The position numbers were made by a program, and so were the translations under genes. Shown here in pieces: positions 1 through 11,515 of a stretch of 64,000 bases of DNA. Within the stretch, counting starts at the first letter, position 1, and every line of letters begins with the position of its first letter. Origin of the DNA: Chiloscyllium plagiosum (taxonomy: Eukaryota); NCBI RefSeq assembly GCF_004010195.1, contig NC_057754.1:11935609-11999608 (forward strand). Direction: 5' to 3'. The notes beneath the pieces were generated by a model, which was not told the origin of the DNA, searched no databases, and worked only from the letters and a program-made list of their open reading frames with translations.

Positions 1-843
1 CTGTGTTTTTAGTTTCCTGTACATTCTGCAGAGACTGGAAACCATTGTTGATAAATGGAAGATAGTAAACCTTATCTAAGCATCGTCGATGAATGGAATG
101 GATCTAAGCATCCACAAAGGGAAAAAGAGATAGTGTGGCGAACTGTGGATCAATTAACTTAACATCTGTAGGGAAACTGTTGGTATCTATTATATAGGAT
201 GTGGTATTGGATATTTAAAAATTAACAGCAGCATTGGTGAGAATAAGTATGAATTTCTGAAAGGAAAATCATACCTTGATTAAATTCAGAATTGTTTGAA
301 GGTTATGTGGAGGAATATATGTAAGTGGAAAGTTACATTTCGGTTCGCCTTCATTTCAGGGAATCAGACTATAGATGTCAGGACATGTTGAAGCAGTTTC
401 ACAGCGTGTTGGCGAGACTGTAGCTGGAATATTGTGTACAATTTTGGTGAGACTGTACCTGGAATATTATGTTAAAAATCATACCCCAGTCCAACACTGG
501 CATCTCCGAATCATGGAATATTGTGTACAGCTTTGATGACCCAATATGAGAAAGAACATACTGACCACAGAGGAAGTGCCATAAGCATTGTCCAGATTCA
601 TCCCTCAGATGGCGAGATTATCTGATGAGGAAACGCGGCCCGTGTTCTCTAGAGATTCAAAGAATGACAGGTGGGCCACAGTGAAATTTTGAAAATTCAC
701 TAAACATATAACAAGATGGGAATAAACAGGATGTTTCTCTGACTGTTTACCCTACATTTAAGACAAATAATTGCAGGATCTGGGGCAGGCCATTTAAGAC
801 AGCAATAAGGAGGAAATTCTTCACTTGAAGGGGACTGACTAAC
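1..843 (+). mobile_element. Decayed CR1-clade LINE, RT and 3' region
   Basis: Degenerate CR1 ORF2-like sequence (tggaatattgtgtacaattttgg = LEYCVQFW motif; aggaaattcttcact 3' motif) with many stops and indels. Confidence 0.75.
470..513. mobile_element. Very short PLE-type terminal fragment inserted in CR1
   Basis: ttaaaaatcataccccagtccaacactggcatctccgaatca resembles the reverse complement of 1928-1975; flanked by tggaatattatgt / tggaatattgtgt. Confidence 0.55.
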
Positions 844-1671
844 GGTCTAGATTAGAGTGGTGCTGGAAAAGCATAGCTCTTCAGGCAACATCCGAGGAGT
901 AGTAAAATCGACACTTCGGGCAAAAGCCCTTCATCAGGAATACAGGCAGAGTGCTTGAAGGGCGGAGAGACAAATCAGAAGAGAGTGGGCGTGGGAAGAA
1001 GGCAGTATAGAGTGCAGTGGGAGAGGCACTCCCTGAGATTCTTGTCGAGAGAGGAGGAAAACTTCTTCAAGTCAGGCATCCTTGCTAGAGGATTCGCAGG
1101 TTTAAAATCAACTAGGTAAAAACACTGACTGCAGATGCTGGAAACCAGAGTCTAGATTAGAGTGGTGCTGGAAAAGCACAGCAGTTCAGGCAGCATTCGA
1201 GGAGCAGTAAACTCGACGCTTCGAGCAAAAGCCCTTCATCAGGAATCCAGGCAGAGTGCCTGAAGGGCAGAGAGACAAATCAGAGGAGGGTTGGGGTGGG
1301 GAGAAAGCGGCATAGAGTGCAGTGCTCTGGTTTCCAGCATCTGCCGTCATTGTTTTCACCTAGTTGATTTTTAACCTTACTGAGAATCCTCTTGCAAGGA
1401 CGCCTGCCTTGAAGAAGTTTTCCTCCTTTCTCTACAATAATCTCAGGGAGTCCCTCTCCCACTGCACTCTATGCTGCTTTCTCCCCACCCCCACCCTCCT
1501 CTGATTTGTCTCTCTGCCCTTCAGGCACTCTGCCTGTATTCCTGATGAAGGGCATTTGCCCGAAGCGTCGATATTACTGCTCCTAGGACGCTGGCTGAAC
1601 TGCTGTGCTTTTCCAGCACCACTCAAATCTCGACACTGGTTTCCAGCATCTGCAGGCATTGTTTTTAACCT
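844..1671. mobile_element. Non-autonomous PLE-derived / retrozyme-like multimer (~305-nt unit; about 1.6 copies on - strand, then about 1.1 inverted copies on + strand)
   Basis: Perfect 15-bp TSD aggggactgactaac at 829-843 and 1672-1686; unit starts repeat at 845 and 1150; 1325-1671 is the reverse complement; each copy has an HHR-like core. Confidence 0.85.
1538..1573 (+). ncRNA. Minimal type I hammerhead ribozyme motif (GAAG variant)
   Basis: CTGATGA-A-GGGC-ATTT-GCCC-GAAGC-GTC; antisense copies at about 906-940 and 1211-1246. Confidence 0.65.
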
Positions 1672-1927
1672 AGGGGACTGACTAACACAGGGCCATGGAA
1701 AACTGCTGGAAAGGCAAGGTTAGGGAGAATCCCCAGATATTCTACAAATGTGGAAAGCCGGGAAGAATAACTAGTGAATAGTTGGGACCTATTAGTGACT
1801 TGCCAAGTTGCATCCAAATCAACTTTAGTGGTCGGAAAAGGTGGTGGTAGAAGGCTGTTTGTGTGACTAAAGACCGGTGTCCAATGGTGTACCATAGGTA
1901 TCAGTGCTGTGTCCCTTATTAGTTGTG

Positions 1928-2119
1928 ATTCGGAGGTCCCAGTGTTGAACTGGGATGGACCAATTTAAAAATCACACAACACCAGGTTATAGTCCACCAG
2001 GTTTATTTGCTGGCACGATCTTTTAAAGCGCACAACCACCTGATGAAGAAGGAGTGCTTCGAAAGCTAGTGCCTCGAATAAACCTGTTAGACTATACTTT
2101 GGTGCAGTGTGATTTTTAA
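1928..2119. mobile_element. Mini PLE-type fold-back element with HHR
   Basis: Inverted arms 1965-2007 / 2077-2119; imperfect 14-bp TSD ccttattagttgtg (1914-1927) / ccttatcatttgtg (2120-2133). Confidence 0.75.
2037..2071 (+). ncRNA. Minimal hammerhead ribozyme motif, intact core
   Basis: CAC-CTGATGA-A-GAAG-gagtg-CTTC-GAAAG-CTA-GTG: stem I CAC/GTG, stem II GAAG/CTTC, CUA triplet. Confidence 0.7.
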
Positions 2120-2989
2120 CCTTATCATTTGTGGTATTCATAAATGTGAATGTGGAGGGGAGTGAGGGGAGAGTGTGTTAAGTATGTTACAGGAAGATAC
2201 AGATGGAATGGTCAGACGGGAAGATCAATGACAGGTGGAATGTAATCCCGATAAATATGAGGTGACACAGTTTGGAAGAAGGAACCAGTCAGGGGAGTAC
2301 TCAATGAATGGCAGCATACTGTGAAGCTCAGAGGGTGTTTCTCCACACATCCCTGAATGGGACTGGACAGGGTAATGCACAAGTTGACAAAGCATAGGGA
2401 CCGTAAACATAGCCTTTCTTCATCGATGCATAGATCATAAGAGCTATGTGGAACTTTGGTTAGGTCAAGATGGAGTACCGTGTGCAGTTCTGGGAGCCAC
2501 ATTACAGGAAGGACGTGATTTCACTGGACGGGGTGCAGAGGAGATTCACCAGGATGTTCCTTGGGATGGAGCTTTTCAGTTATGGAGAGAGGCTGGATAA
2601 GCTCGGGTTGTTTACTTTGGAGCAGAGAAAGCTGAGGCGATTCCGAAGGATAAGATTGTGAAGGATATGGAGAGGATAGATAGACAGCAGCTGTTCCTTT
2701 AATTCAAAGGGCCAAGAACAAGAGAGCACACGTTTAAAGTGAAGTGGTTGAGGATTAGAGAGGATCTGAGGATTGTTCTTCACCCAGAGTGTGTTGGTGT
2801 CGAGAACGTATTTCCTGAGAAGGGAGTTGTCATGGGTAACCTCACAGCCATTACAAAGTACTTGGACGAGCAGTTGAAGTGTCATAACATTCTCACTCAT
2901 GGGCCTCATGTCAGAAAGTGGGACTAATGTAGATCATGCTGTATTTCTGTCGGTACAGAGTCTATGCATCTATGATTGTGTGGCTGTTA

Positions 2990-4630
2990 AAGGTCAATCA
3001 CTGAGCAGCTTAAGACAGGCATTGACGTGTTTCGTAACAGTATATTCACAAGGGTTATAAAAGTGAACTTCTGTGACAGCTTCAAAACGGATGTCCATGG
3101 CAAAACTATGGGGAAAAGGTGCAGCTTCCATACAGTTCGAAACTGGAGAATGGAGAACAGGGAAAAGGCAGAACAATGGAGCAAATATTTCAGTTATGTC
3201 TTCACAAAGAAATCAAAACCAAAAAGCAATTTTCCCAGCAATACCAGTAAACTTTACTCTGGTTCGGAAAAAGGGAATAGAACTAAATTAGCAAATAAAC
3301 GTTTTAGAGAAAGTGTTGGTACTGAAAGTAATGTCCATGAACAAAAATAACAGAGATTTATCAAATGGGAATTATACTTGAGAAACGAACTTTTAGCAAA
3401 ATTATGGAGAAGCAATCAATGCAATACAATTGGATATTCAGAAAGATTTTTGATAAAGCCCAAACCTCCTATGCAAATTCGAATCTTATGGGTCTGGGAT
3501 TAGTATATGGTAATGGATTTAGAATGAGAGAGCTGGCAGGACACAGTGAGTAGGAGAAAAAAAACAATGTTTTTTTAGAGTGGAAAGCTTGGAGGTTATT
3601 GCAGGAATCAGGGCTTGGGACCGAGCTGTTGCCAATGGAATCAAATGCAACTTTTCCCGGCCTGCTGATGGCACTAAACAAAGTGAGATTGCGAGTGGGT
3701 GAGCAGGATGTGACAAAGCTCCAAGGTGACTGAGGCAAGTGGATCGTCTGTGCAAATACGAGGCAATGAAGAGCAATGTAGGTCGATGTGACGCTGAGGC
3801 CTTTGATGGGAAAAACAAAACGGCAGCCTAACATTTGAAAAGGTCGGAAAATGTAACTCTATAAAGGGACTTCTGCTCCTTTTTCTTGTTTCCTTCTGCG
3901 CATCCTTCCGAGGTTCATACGAGGCAGTGAGTTCTGAATCCAGGAGTCAATACTGGCATGCTGACCAGTGTACATAGACCAAGCAAGTGGGGAGCTGGAA
4001 CATTGAAAAGGACCTGGATCTCCCTGTACACCAGTCACTGAAAGCAGTATTGCAGGAACGGAAAGCAGTTAGGAAGATAATTGGGGCGTTCACCTTCATT
4101 TCAGGGGGATTTGCGTCCAGGAGTAAAGGTGCCTTACTGCAGCTGCTAAGGGCCTTGGTGAGACCCCATCTCGAACATTGTCCAGTATTGTGTGCAGTTT
4201 TGGTCTCCTTATTTAATAAAGGACAAACCTGAAATTGAGGGAGAGCAGCGAAGGATGACCTGACTGATCTCTGAGATGGCAGACTTGTTGTGGGAGCAGA
4301 GTTTGGGTCGACTGGGCATGTATTTCATGGGGTTTAGGAAAATGAGTGGAGATCTCAGTTCAATATATAAACACTGATAAGGTGATAAGAGTGGAAGGAA
4401 GAATATAATTCCCCTGGCTGGGACGTCGACATGAAGGGCTCACAGTATTAGGTAAAGGCAGGTCACTCTGCATTGAGATGAGAAAAATGTCTGCACTCAG
4501 AGACTGGCGAACCTGGGGAATTCTCTCCCATATAAGGTTGTGAAAGTCACGGCACTGAAGATAAATAAGGATTTCTGGAAACTAAAGTAATGGAGCTGTA
4601 GCAGTAGAATGCTTTGGGGATAGAGGATCA
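2990..4630 (+). mobile_element. Older CR1 LINE fragments
   Basis: ORF 3987-4232 DLDLPVHQSLK...LLRALVRPHLEHC; degenerate RT and 3' motifs. Confidence 0.75.
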
Positions 4631-4649
4631 GCCATTCTGACAGGTAGTT

Positions 4650-5012
4650 CTCCAATAATCTGGTAGCTATGATCCTGTGGAACACTGTGTTACTGAAAAT
4701 CATATAAATCCACTTCTCCGCAAGGTTCTCCCCCCGGTTTGAAATAAAGTTCCTTCTAAATGTAGACTACAACCCCCGGTTTCAGGCTCAGTTTCAGGGC
4801 TTGCAGAGCAGATTGCATTCCTGTTTTAGCTGAACACACTGAGGGTGCATTTTGCAGGTAAAGGATCCTGAGGCTGGGATTTACTTGCAGCTGGTGCCAG
4901 GGATGGAATCGTGTCATAGTGAACAGGAGCTCGCTTTATAAAGAAAGGTGCACAATTCACTAATCTCATAACAGCCACATCACGTTTAACTAACACGTGT
5001 TATAGGAGAATC
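4650..5012. mobile_element. Probable MITE (DNA-transposon derivative); second partial copy near 7411-7480
   Basis: Start aggtagttctccaataat is an imperfect inverted match to end gttataggagaatct; 4630-4705 is closely similar to 7404-7480. Confidence 0.45.
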
Positions 5013-5477
5013 TTCACAGAGAAGCGAAGGCGAAGGACTGAATTGACCAATGCAGTTTATATATCCCAATGGTTTATCCTATTAAGGGATATGTGCATTG
5101 TGTGGGAAATGTGCATTGAGGAGATATTCGACCATGAACTGGAATAGGGAAGGATCAATGTGATGAATAGCCGACTCCTTTCCTGATGTTCTGTGCAGTT
5201 TGTGTGAAAATTCTGTAAATGTTGTCACGAGTTCTCAGATGTGAGGAAGGAGGTCTCTGCAGGGACAACAGGCTGTGTTTCCCGCTCCCTTTTCCGACAC
5301 CGAGGCTGGGGCTGAGTGTTCTGTCCGGGCTGTGTAAGATATTGGAGGAGTGTGAAACAATAGAGTGTCTTGCTTGGCCGTTTTAGACACTATTGACATG
5401 TTTCTTAGATGTCTGTGTGTCTGGATTCACTTTCAGTATAGACTAGGACAGCACAAGAGATTAACTTCCTGAAAGTA

Positions 5478-5653
5478 CAGTGGGGAAACAAATTGATGTT
5501 TACAATCGACATTGGCTTCAAGGTCACTGTTACTGACACTAGATTTTAGATCTCGATATTTTATTAATTGTTTTTAACTTCCACCAGCTGCTAGAGCATT
5601 AGCCTGGTCTGGATTATTAATCCAGTGACACTTCCACAACAGCAACATCTCCA
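5478..5653 (-). mobile_element. Old SINE (Deu/SacSINE-like head)
   Basis: Reverse complement begins ggagatgttgctgttgtggaagtgtcactggattaataatccaga, a tRNA-like SINE head. Confidence 0.45.
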
Positions 5654-5799
5654 ACTGGGGAACTATCAGAAGCCACACTGAGCGGGCTATTTCTGTGCTG
5701 CTTGACAGATCCGTCAAAAAGAACTCCCACCAATCTAACTGTCGCTATGGGACTTAGGGGGTGTCAATTGATCAGATTGTAATTATTCTCCTCTTAGGG

Positions 5800-6420
5800 G
5801 GATGGATATGGTTGAGTCATTTTCCACATTGCCAGAGAGATGTCAGAGTTGGAGCTGGAATGAAACAGGCGCACGGCTAACTGTGCAGCACAAATATTCA
5901 GTCTTATTGCAGGAACGCTGTCAGAGCCCTTTGCCTTTGTCGTATGAGCAGCGTTCAGCTGTTTCTTCATGTCATGTGCAGCGAATAGAATTGGTTGCAG
6001 ATGGGCTTCTGTGATTCTGTGGGCATCATGAGGAGGTTGAGGTGGATCATAACCTCAATACGTCTGGCTGAGGATGGTGCAGATATTACATCCTTGTCTG
6101 ATGTGCAGGGCTGTTTTCCTTTCCTCCAGAGATTTGTTGAATCGTCAACACCATTTATGCCTGAATGTGGCAAGCCTGCAGATCTATGATTTGATCTGTT
6201 TGTCAAGTGCAATAGATTTATTGGGTTGTCATCAGGTTTAGGCTCACATGTTTCTGACCCTGACATGTTCACCCACACTTGTCACTGAACCATAGATTGC
6301 CTTGATGGTAATCGTTGACTGAGGGATTATCGCAGGCAAAAAGGTACACATTGTGATTGAATGCAGTTCTGCTTGTATTGCTGCTGTGATCTGCAGGACG
6401 CTATGAATGAACAGTTTCGA
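5800..6420 (-). mobile_element. Decayed LINE ORF2 fragment
   Basis: Minus-strand remnants such as KAKGSDSVPAIRLNICAAQLA (KAxGPDxIP-like). Confidence 0.55.
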
Positions 6421-6863
6421 TCTGAAATATCTGCAATACAATTTTGTCTGTCCCCTATTTCACATCAAGATCCATCACCCCTGCACTCAGTGACCTAATC
6501 TGGTGTCTCATATTGTAACGCTTCCATTTTCACATTCTCATTCTGCTGAGAGTCTCTCCCTGGTGTCACGCCTCCAATCTGACACATTCCTCAAAACCAT
6601 TTAACTGATTTTAATGCAACTGTTTAATTCACCTGAATGCTTTGCCTTGAGTAGTGCCATCTTCTCTGTTTGATGTGAATGTGTTTCCCTGTTTCTCTCC
6701 CTGACCATGATTCAGAGATCTGTAGTGTCAGTGATGCCAGCCTTATGTAGTTTTAGAGCCGATGAACTTGTGCACCTTGCATTATTGCTCACTTCCTGGT
6801 GTACGGCGCTCCGTGTTGGACAGAGTGATTGAGCAGCTTTGACACACGCCTTTGAAACTTGTT

Positions 6864-7945
6864 CAAAAGCAGAAATTACAGGAGAAAGTAAGCTGGTCTG
6901 GCAGCATCCGTGGAGTGAAAGCAGAGTGAAATCTTTCGGGTCCAGTGATCGTTCTTCAAAGCTTCTAGCTTTTGTTTTTGCTTCAGATTTCCAGTATCCC
7001 CAGTTCTTTGTTTTATTGAACATTTGTCCAGCTCATTTATGGAGGAACACAACAGATCGACGTCATCTTCGTAGGCAGGGAAACGGAGTTAACTTTTAAA
7101 GGCCACTGTGACTCTTCTTCAGAACTGGAAGGGATTGGAAATTGGCTTTTAAATTCCTTCGCAGCAGTGGAGGAGGGGTGACAAAAACAGGGGGTGTGGC
7201 GGTGCAGCACAGAAGACAACGGACTTTTAATTGTGGGAGAAAGAGAAACAGATGTAAAATAGGTGTAAGTTCGGTTTTGAATGGGAGCAACTGATTCACT
7301 CCATTCAGTGCAGTATAAACAAGACACAAACGGAGCCCAGAAGGGAGAATGTATGAAGAATGGAGAACGGCCTACAGGCTGTAATGCACCAATTGTGAAG
7401 TCAGCCATCCTGACAGGTAGTTCTTCAATAATGTGGTAACTGTGATGCTGTGGAACACTGTGTTATTGAACATCGTACAATATGAATAATGGGGCTTGTA
7501 GGGGGAAAAAGTGTCAGAGGCAAACCACCAACCGTATAAGTAAAAATCAAAACAGAAATAGTAGTTAGTCAAACACAAATGATAGCACAGTCTAAGTAAA
7601 TCTTTAGATCATATATATTGTAATGAAATAATGCAGTAAATGTAACACCTCAACACAACAATCACTGACTACCACACTCTGGTGTTACTTGAACTTGGCT
7701 TGTGCTTCACTGGAACATTGTAGCAGCCCAGGGCCGAAATGTTAGCATGAGAGCAAGGGAGATTGTTGAAATGGGAAGCAATGAGAAGGTCATGGCTATT
7801 CCTACGGACAGATTGGGAGTATTCCTCAATTCAGTCTCTGTTTGTTCTCGCCAATGTATAAGGAGACTGCATTGTGAGCAGCAATGACAGGAGACTGGAC
7901 TGAAAGAGTACAAGTGAAATGCTGCTTCACATGAAACCCAATGCA
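6864..7945 (-). mobile_element. PLE fragments: pseudo-LTR pieces with decayed HHRs and GIY-YIG endonuclease remnant
   Basis: HFTCTL...SLYIGENKQRL at 7826-7935; decayed cores at about 6930-6960 and 7088-7125. Confidence 0.6.
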
Positions 7946-7949
7946 TTTA

Positions 7950-8345
7950 GAAATAAGGAAGTTTTTCTCCAGTTTACAGATTAATGGTGAGACTGCTTTC
8001 ACTTTATATGTGTGTCTCCTTGTTATTGAGCCTTCGAGTAAGGACTGGTCACTGTTCACCCTGTAGATGTACTGCATGCTGTTGAGCACCTCTATCAGGA
8101 GCACCGCTCAACCTCCTATGCTTAAAAGTGAAATCAAGTAACTCTAGCTTCTCTTCAGTTTGAGTTCTGTCTTGTCTTGTTCCTTCTGAAATTTATCACA
8201 TTTATCAGTGTTAAATTTAATCGGTGATTGATCTGTCCACCTGAACAATTGGTTTATCCCCTCCTGCACCCTCACACGTTCCTCCTCACTGTGAACCACC
8301 CAACTCATCTTTGTGTCATCTACAGCATTGTTTATCATTTCCCCC
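7950..8345 (-). mobile_element. Decayed CR1 fragment
   Basis: ORF 8144-8380 AVDDTKM...WTDQSPIKFNTDKC (FADDTK / WQMxFNxDKC motifs). Confidence 0.65.
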
Positions 8346-8940
8346 ACCAACACCCTCCCTCTCATTCTCAGCATCATCATTCATGAAGTTCACTACTAAG
8401 CCTTGATTTTCTTCCTGTTTTTTCAGTTGTTATTCACAGGAAAAGAATTGAGAATCCCAATCTCTTGTTATTATTTTCCTATTTCGATGAATTTACAGCG
8501 TGATGCAATTGAAGTATTTTTATGAAGGAGCCACAGATTTTATTTTGGACATGGAGCTGAATTCCCCTATCATGCTATGCACCTCTGTATGTTTTATTCA
8601 TTAGGCTTGGGCATAATTAATATTGGATTCGGTTTAGTTGGCTTTATTTGTGCAATATTTGTTTTTTATGTGGACCAGGATAATGTTCTTTATAACATTC
8701 CCTGCAACAATCCGAGCTGAAGACACGTTTCGTCTGTAGGGTGGACACAGGTTCATAATTTTGTTTGAAGGATCTGGAGTGATGAGGATAAAGATTCAAT
8801 TAAACACTACATATGGACTAACAGCAGGGGATCAATTTATATCGGCATGTCTACATTGAACTGGAAACAAATTACTAAAACATACGCCCACTTATCTTCA
8901 TATTGTAAAAACAGTTGCAAAAAATATTCTTAGAGCAGCA

Positions 8941-9004
8941 TGGATCTCACAGCTGATCCTGGGATTGGAGGCAGTTAAATATTTATTATAGTCTTGTTTG
9001 AAGT

Positions 9005-9054
<50 letters not shown>

Positions 9055-9195
9055 TTATTTCTTTAATAGAGCGGTTTTAGGGTGGATCTCACAGCTGATC
9101 CTGGGATTGGAGGCAGTTAAATATTTATTATATATAATTATATATATATAATTTTTTTTATTTATTTATTTCTTTAATAGAGCGGTTTTAGGGTG
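8941..9195. repeat. Tandem duplication containing (TA)n microsatellites
   Basis: tggatctcacagctgatcctgggattggaggcagttaaatatttattata at 8941 and 9083; each followed by a TA run and tttatttctttaatagagcggttttagggtgg. Confidence 0.9.
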
Positions 9196-9789
9196 GTTTA
9201 CAAAAGCAAAGTCTATTTATGCTTTAAAAGATTTTTTACGCTGCAATTCGTTTGATTTCGAAAAATTAAACTTTTTTTTAAAATAAGGAGTTGTGCCTTC
9301 ATTCCGGAGAGTCCTACGCGCGTTAAGCTCCGGAAAAGATATTTTTCTTCTCGTAATTTATTTAAGAGAAATATTTTTATTGATTTCATGAGCAAATTGG
9401 TTCACTTTATATACTTTTTATATGTTTGATATGTATATGTATATATTTCTCTATTTTAACATTATTGTCTGTAGGTAATGAAAGGTAACATTAATATGGT
9501 TACTCACAATGCCAATTCAACCGGGGAAGGAACAAAAGGCTAAAGGAGAAAAAATCTATAGCTGAAGAGCTTATTTGTTGTTGAGGGATTTGTTTTGGAG
9601 AAATTGGAATGTGTTTTTGGAATAAAAAATGTCCTGTTCAAAAAGGATTGGTATAAACTATACTGGAAAGTAACCAATATCTTAGCAAGGAGATTTGCTC
9701 ACTCTATGTAGGGAGACTTTATATTGATAGGGAAGGTAACGGGAGGATTCTCAGTAGCAGTGTTAATGGGATTACGGAGGAGGTTATGA

Positions 9790-10965
9790 ATGTGAGGAGA
9801 GCACATCAGTTAAAAAGAATGACGAGAAAGTCAGAGCATACAGTAATTCTCACGCACTAAATTGCATTTATTTCAACGTATGGGGTCTTACAGGGAAGGC
9901 TGATGAACTAAGGGCATGTTTTAGAACATGGGATTGGGACATCACATTTACTACAGAATGTTGTTTGAGAGATGTTCAGGTTGAGAGTGTAGTGCAGGAA
10001 AAGCACAGCAGGTCAGGCAGCACCTGAGGAGCAGGAAACTCGGTGTTTCAAGCAAAAACCCTCATCAGGAATGGGCTGATGAAGGGCTTTTGCCCGAAAC
10101 ATCGATTTTTCCTGATCTTCTGCTGCTGCCTTACTTGCTGTGCTTTTTCCAGCACCACACTCTCGACTCTAATCTCCAGTATCTGCAGCACTTGCTTTTG
10201 CTTGAGAGATGTTCAAGACTGGAAGTTCAACGTTTGTGATTACCACAGTGTTAAAGATTTGGATAGTTGTTTAGTTTGTCAAATGTGTTCAAGAAAATTT
10301 TCTTCATCGATATGTGGATGATCCTAGTAGAGAAGGAGCAAAACCAGACCTTCTTTTTGCTTTGTTTAGGACAAGTGACTGAAATAAATATGGGGGAATT
10401 CTTTTGGTCTTGCAAACATAACATTATTCGTTTCAAAATGGCTATGGAAAAGAATACACCTTCAATTAATATTATCTTTTTAATTGGAGAACCATAAAGT
10501 TTAATGGCACGGGACAAGGATGAACCAAGTTTGATGGGACTAGACTGTTAGCAGGTAAAACTATATCTGACAAGTGGGAAGCGTTCAACAGTGTGACGGC
10601 GAGAGTTGAGAGGCATTATCTTCCTGTCAGAGTGAAGGGTAACAGTTTAAAATTAAGGAACAATGGATGACTAAAGTTATTGACGTTGTAGTCAAGAATA
10701 AAAGAGGGTCTTACTTTAGATATAGACAACTTTATTCAATTGAATCGCTTAATCAATACAAAGAGCGTTGGGAATTATTTCGAGATAAATCAGGAAAGCA
10801 AAAAGGAGATCTGAGATAGCATGGGCAGATAAGGTTAAGGATAATCCAAAGATAGTGTCCAACTATATTATCAGAAAGAGGGTAACCATGGAGAGGATGA
10901 GGCCTCTTCATGATCATGAAGGATATTGATGTGTTGAACCCAGAAGATGGGGAATAAAATCGTCC
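9790..10965 (+). mobile_element. Decayed CR1 LINE, endonuclease and linker region
   Basis: tgcatttatttcaacg...aaggctgatgaactaagggcatg = CIYFN...KADELRA motif. Confidence 0.7.
9979..10201. mobile_element. Mini PLE: inverted pseudo-LTR pair with HHR
   Basis: Perfect 14-bp TSD ttgagagatgttca at 9965-9978 and 10202-10215; CTGATGA-A-GGGC-TTTT-GCCC-GAAAC-ATC at 10076-10103. Confidence 0.85.
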
Positions 10966-11004
10966 CATTCCTGGTGCACTAGACAGCAGCAAACAAGCAC
11001 TATT

Positions 11005-11300
11005 GTTTGCACCTCTCATTTATCCAGATTGAACTCTATCTGCTATTTGTCAGCACATTGACCCATTTGATCAAGATCCTTTTATAATCTTAGAAAAACT
11101 TCTTCACTGTTCACTGTGCCAACACTTTTGGTGTCATCCGCAAACTTACTTACCATGCTTTCTATATTCTCATCCAAATCATCCAAATCATTATATAAAT
11201 GACAAACAATGAAAACCAAGAACCAACGTATGAGAAGCACTGCCTCCAGTCTGACGAGCAACCGCCCACCATTACTTTCTGTCTCCTGCCATTGTACCAA
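11005..11300 (-). mobile_element. CR1 RT fragment
   Basis: [19 protein letters not shown]. Confidence 0.85.
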
Positions 11301-11515
11301 TTGAAAGTGCTGGAGAGAAACCCCACAGTTCAGGCTGGATCGGAGCAGAGAAAAACAAAATTAACTTTTTGAGTCCAGTATGAGTGGTTCAGAACAAGTT
11401 CAGATCAGACTCGATACGTTAGCACTGTTTCCTTGCCCAGATCCTGCATCATCTGTTGTATTTCTCCATAATCTTGTGTTTGTATTTCAGATTTCCACTA
11501 TCACTAATATTTTGC
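11300..11515. mobile_element. Old PLE inverted pseudo-LTR pair
   Basis: Inverted arms around gagtccagtatgagtggttcagaacaagttcagatcagactcgatacgttag (decayed HHR-like centre). Confidence 0.5.

Larger units (their letters stand above)
1687..2985 (+). mobile_element. Decayed CR1 LINE (ORF2 pieces and 3' tail)
   Basis: ORF 2470-2661 EYRVQFWEPHYRKDVISLDGVQRRFTRM; tail tctatgcatctatga; interrupted at 1928-2119. Confidence 0.85.

Noticed and set aside
4830..4857. 28-nt exon-like segment (ttttag..cag|gtaaag)
   Set aside because: Lies inside a probable MITE and has no other support
8498..8933. TGA-only stops suggesting a mitochondrial insertion
   Set aside because: The peptide resembles no mitochondrial protein I recognise, and the frame uses AGA/AGG codons, which are stops in the vertebrate mitochondrial code
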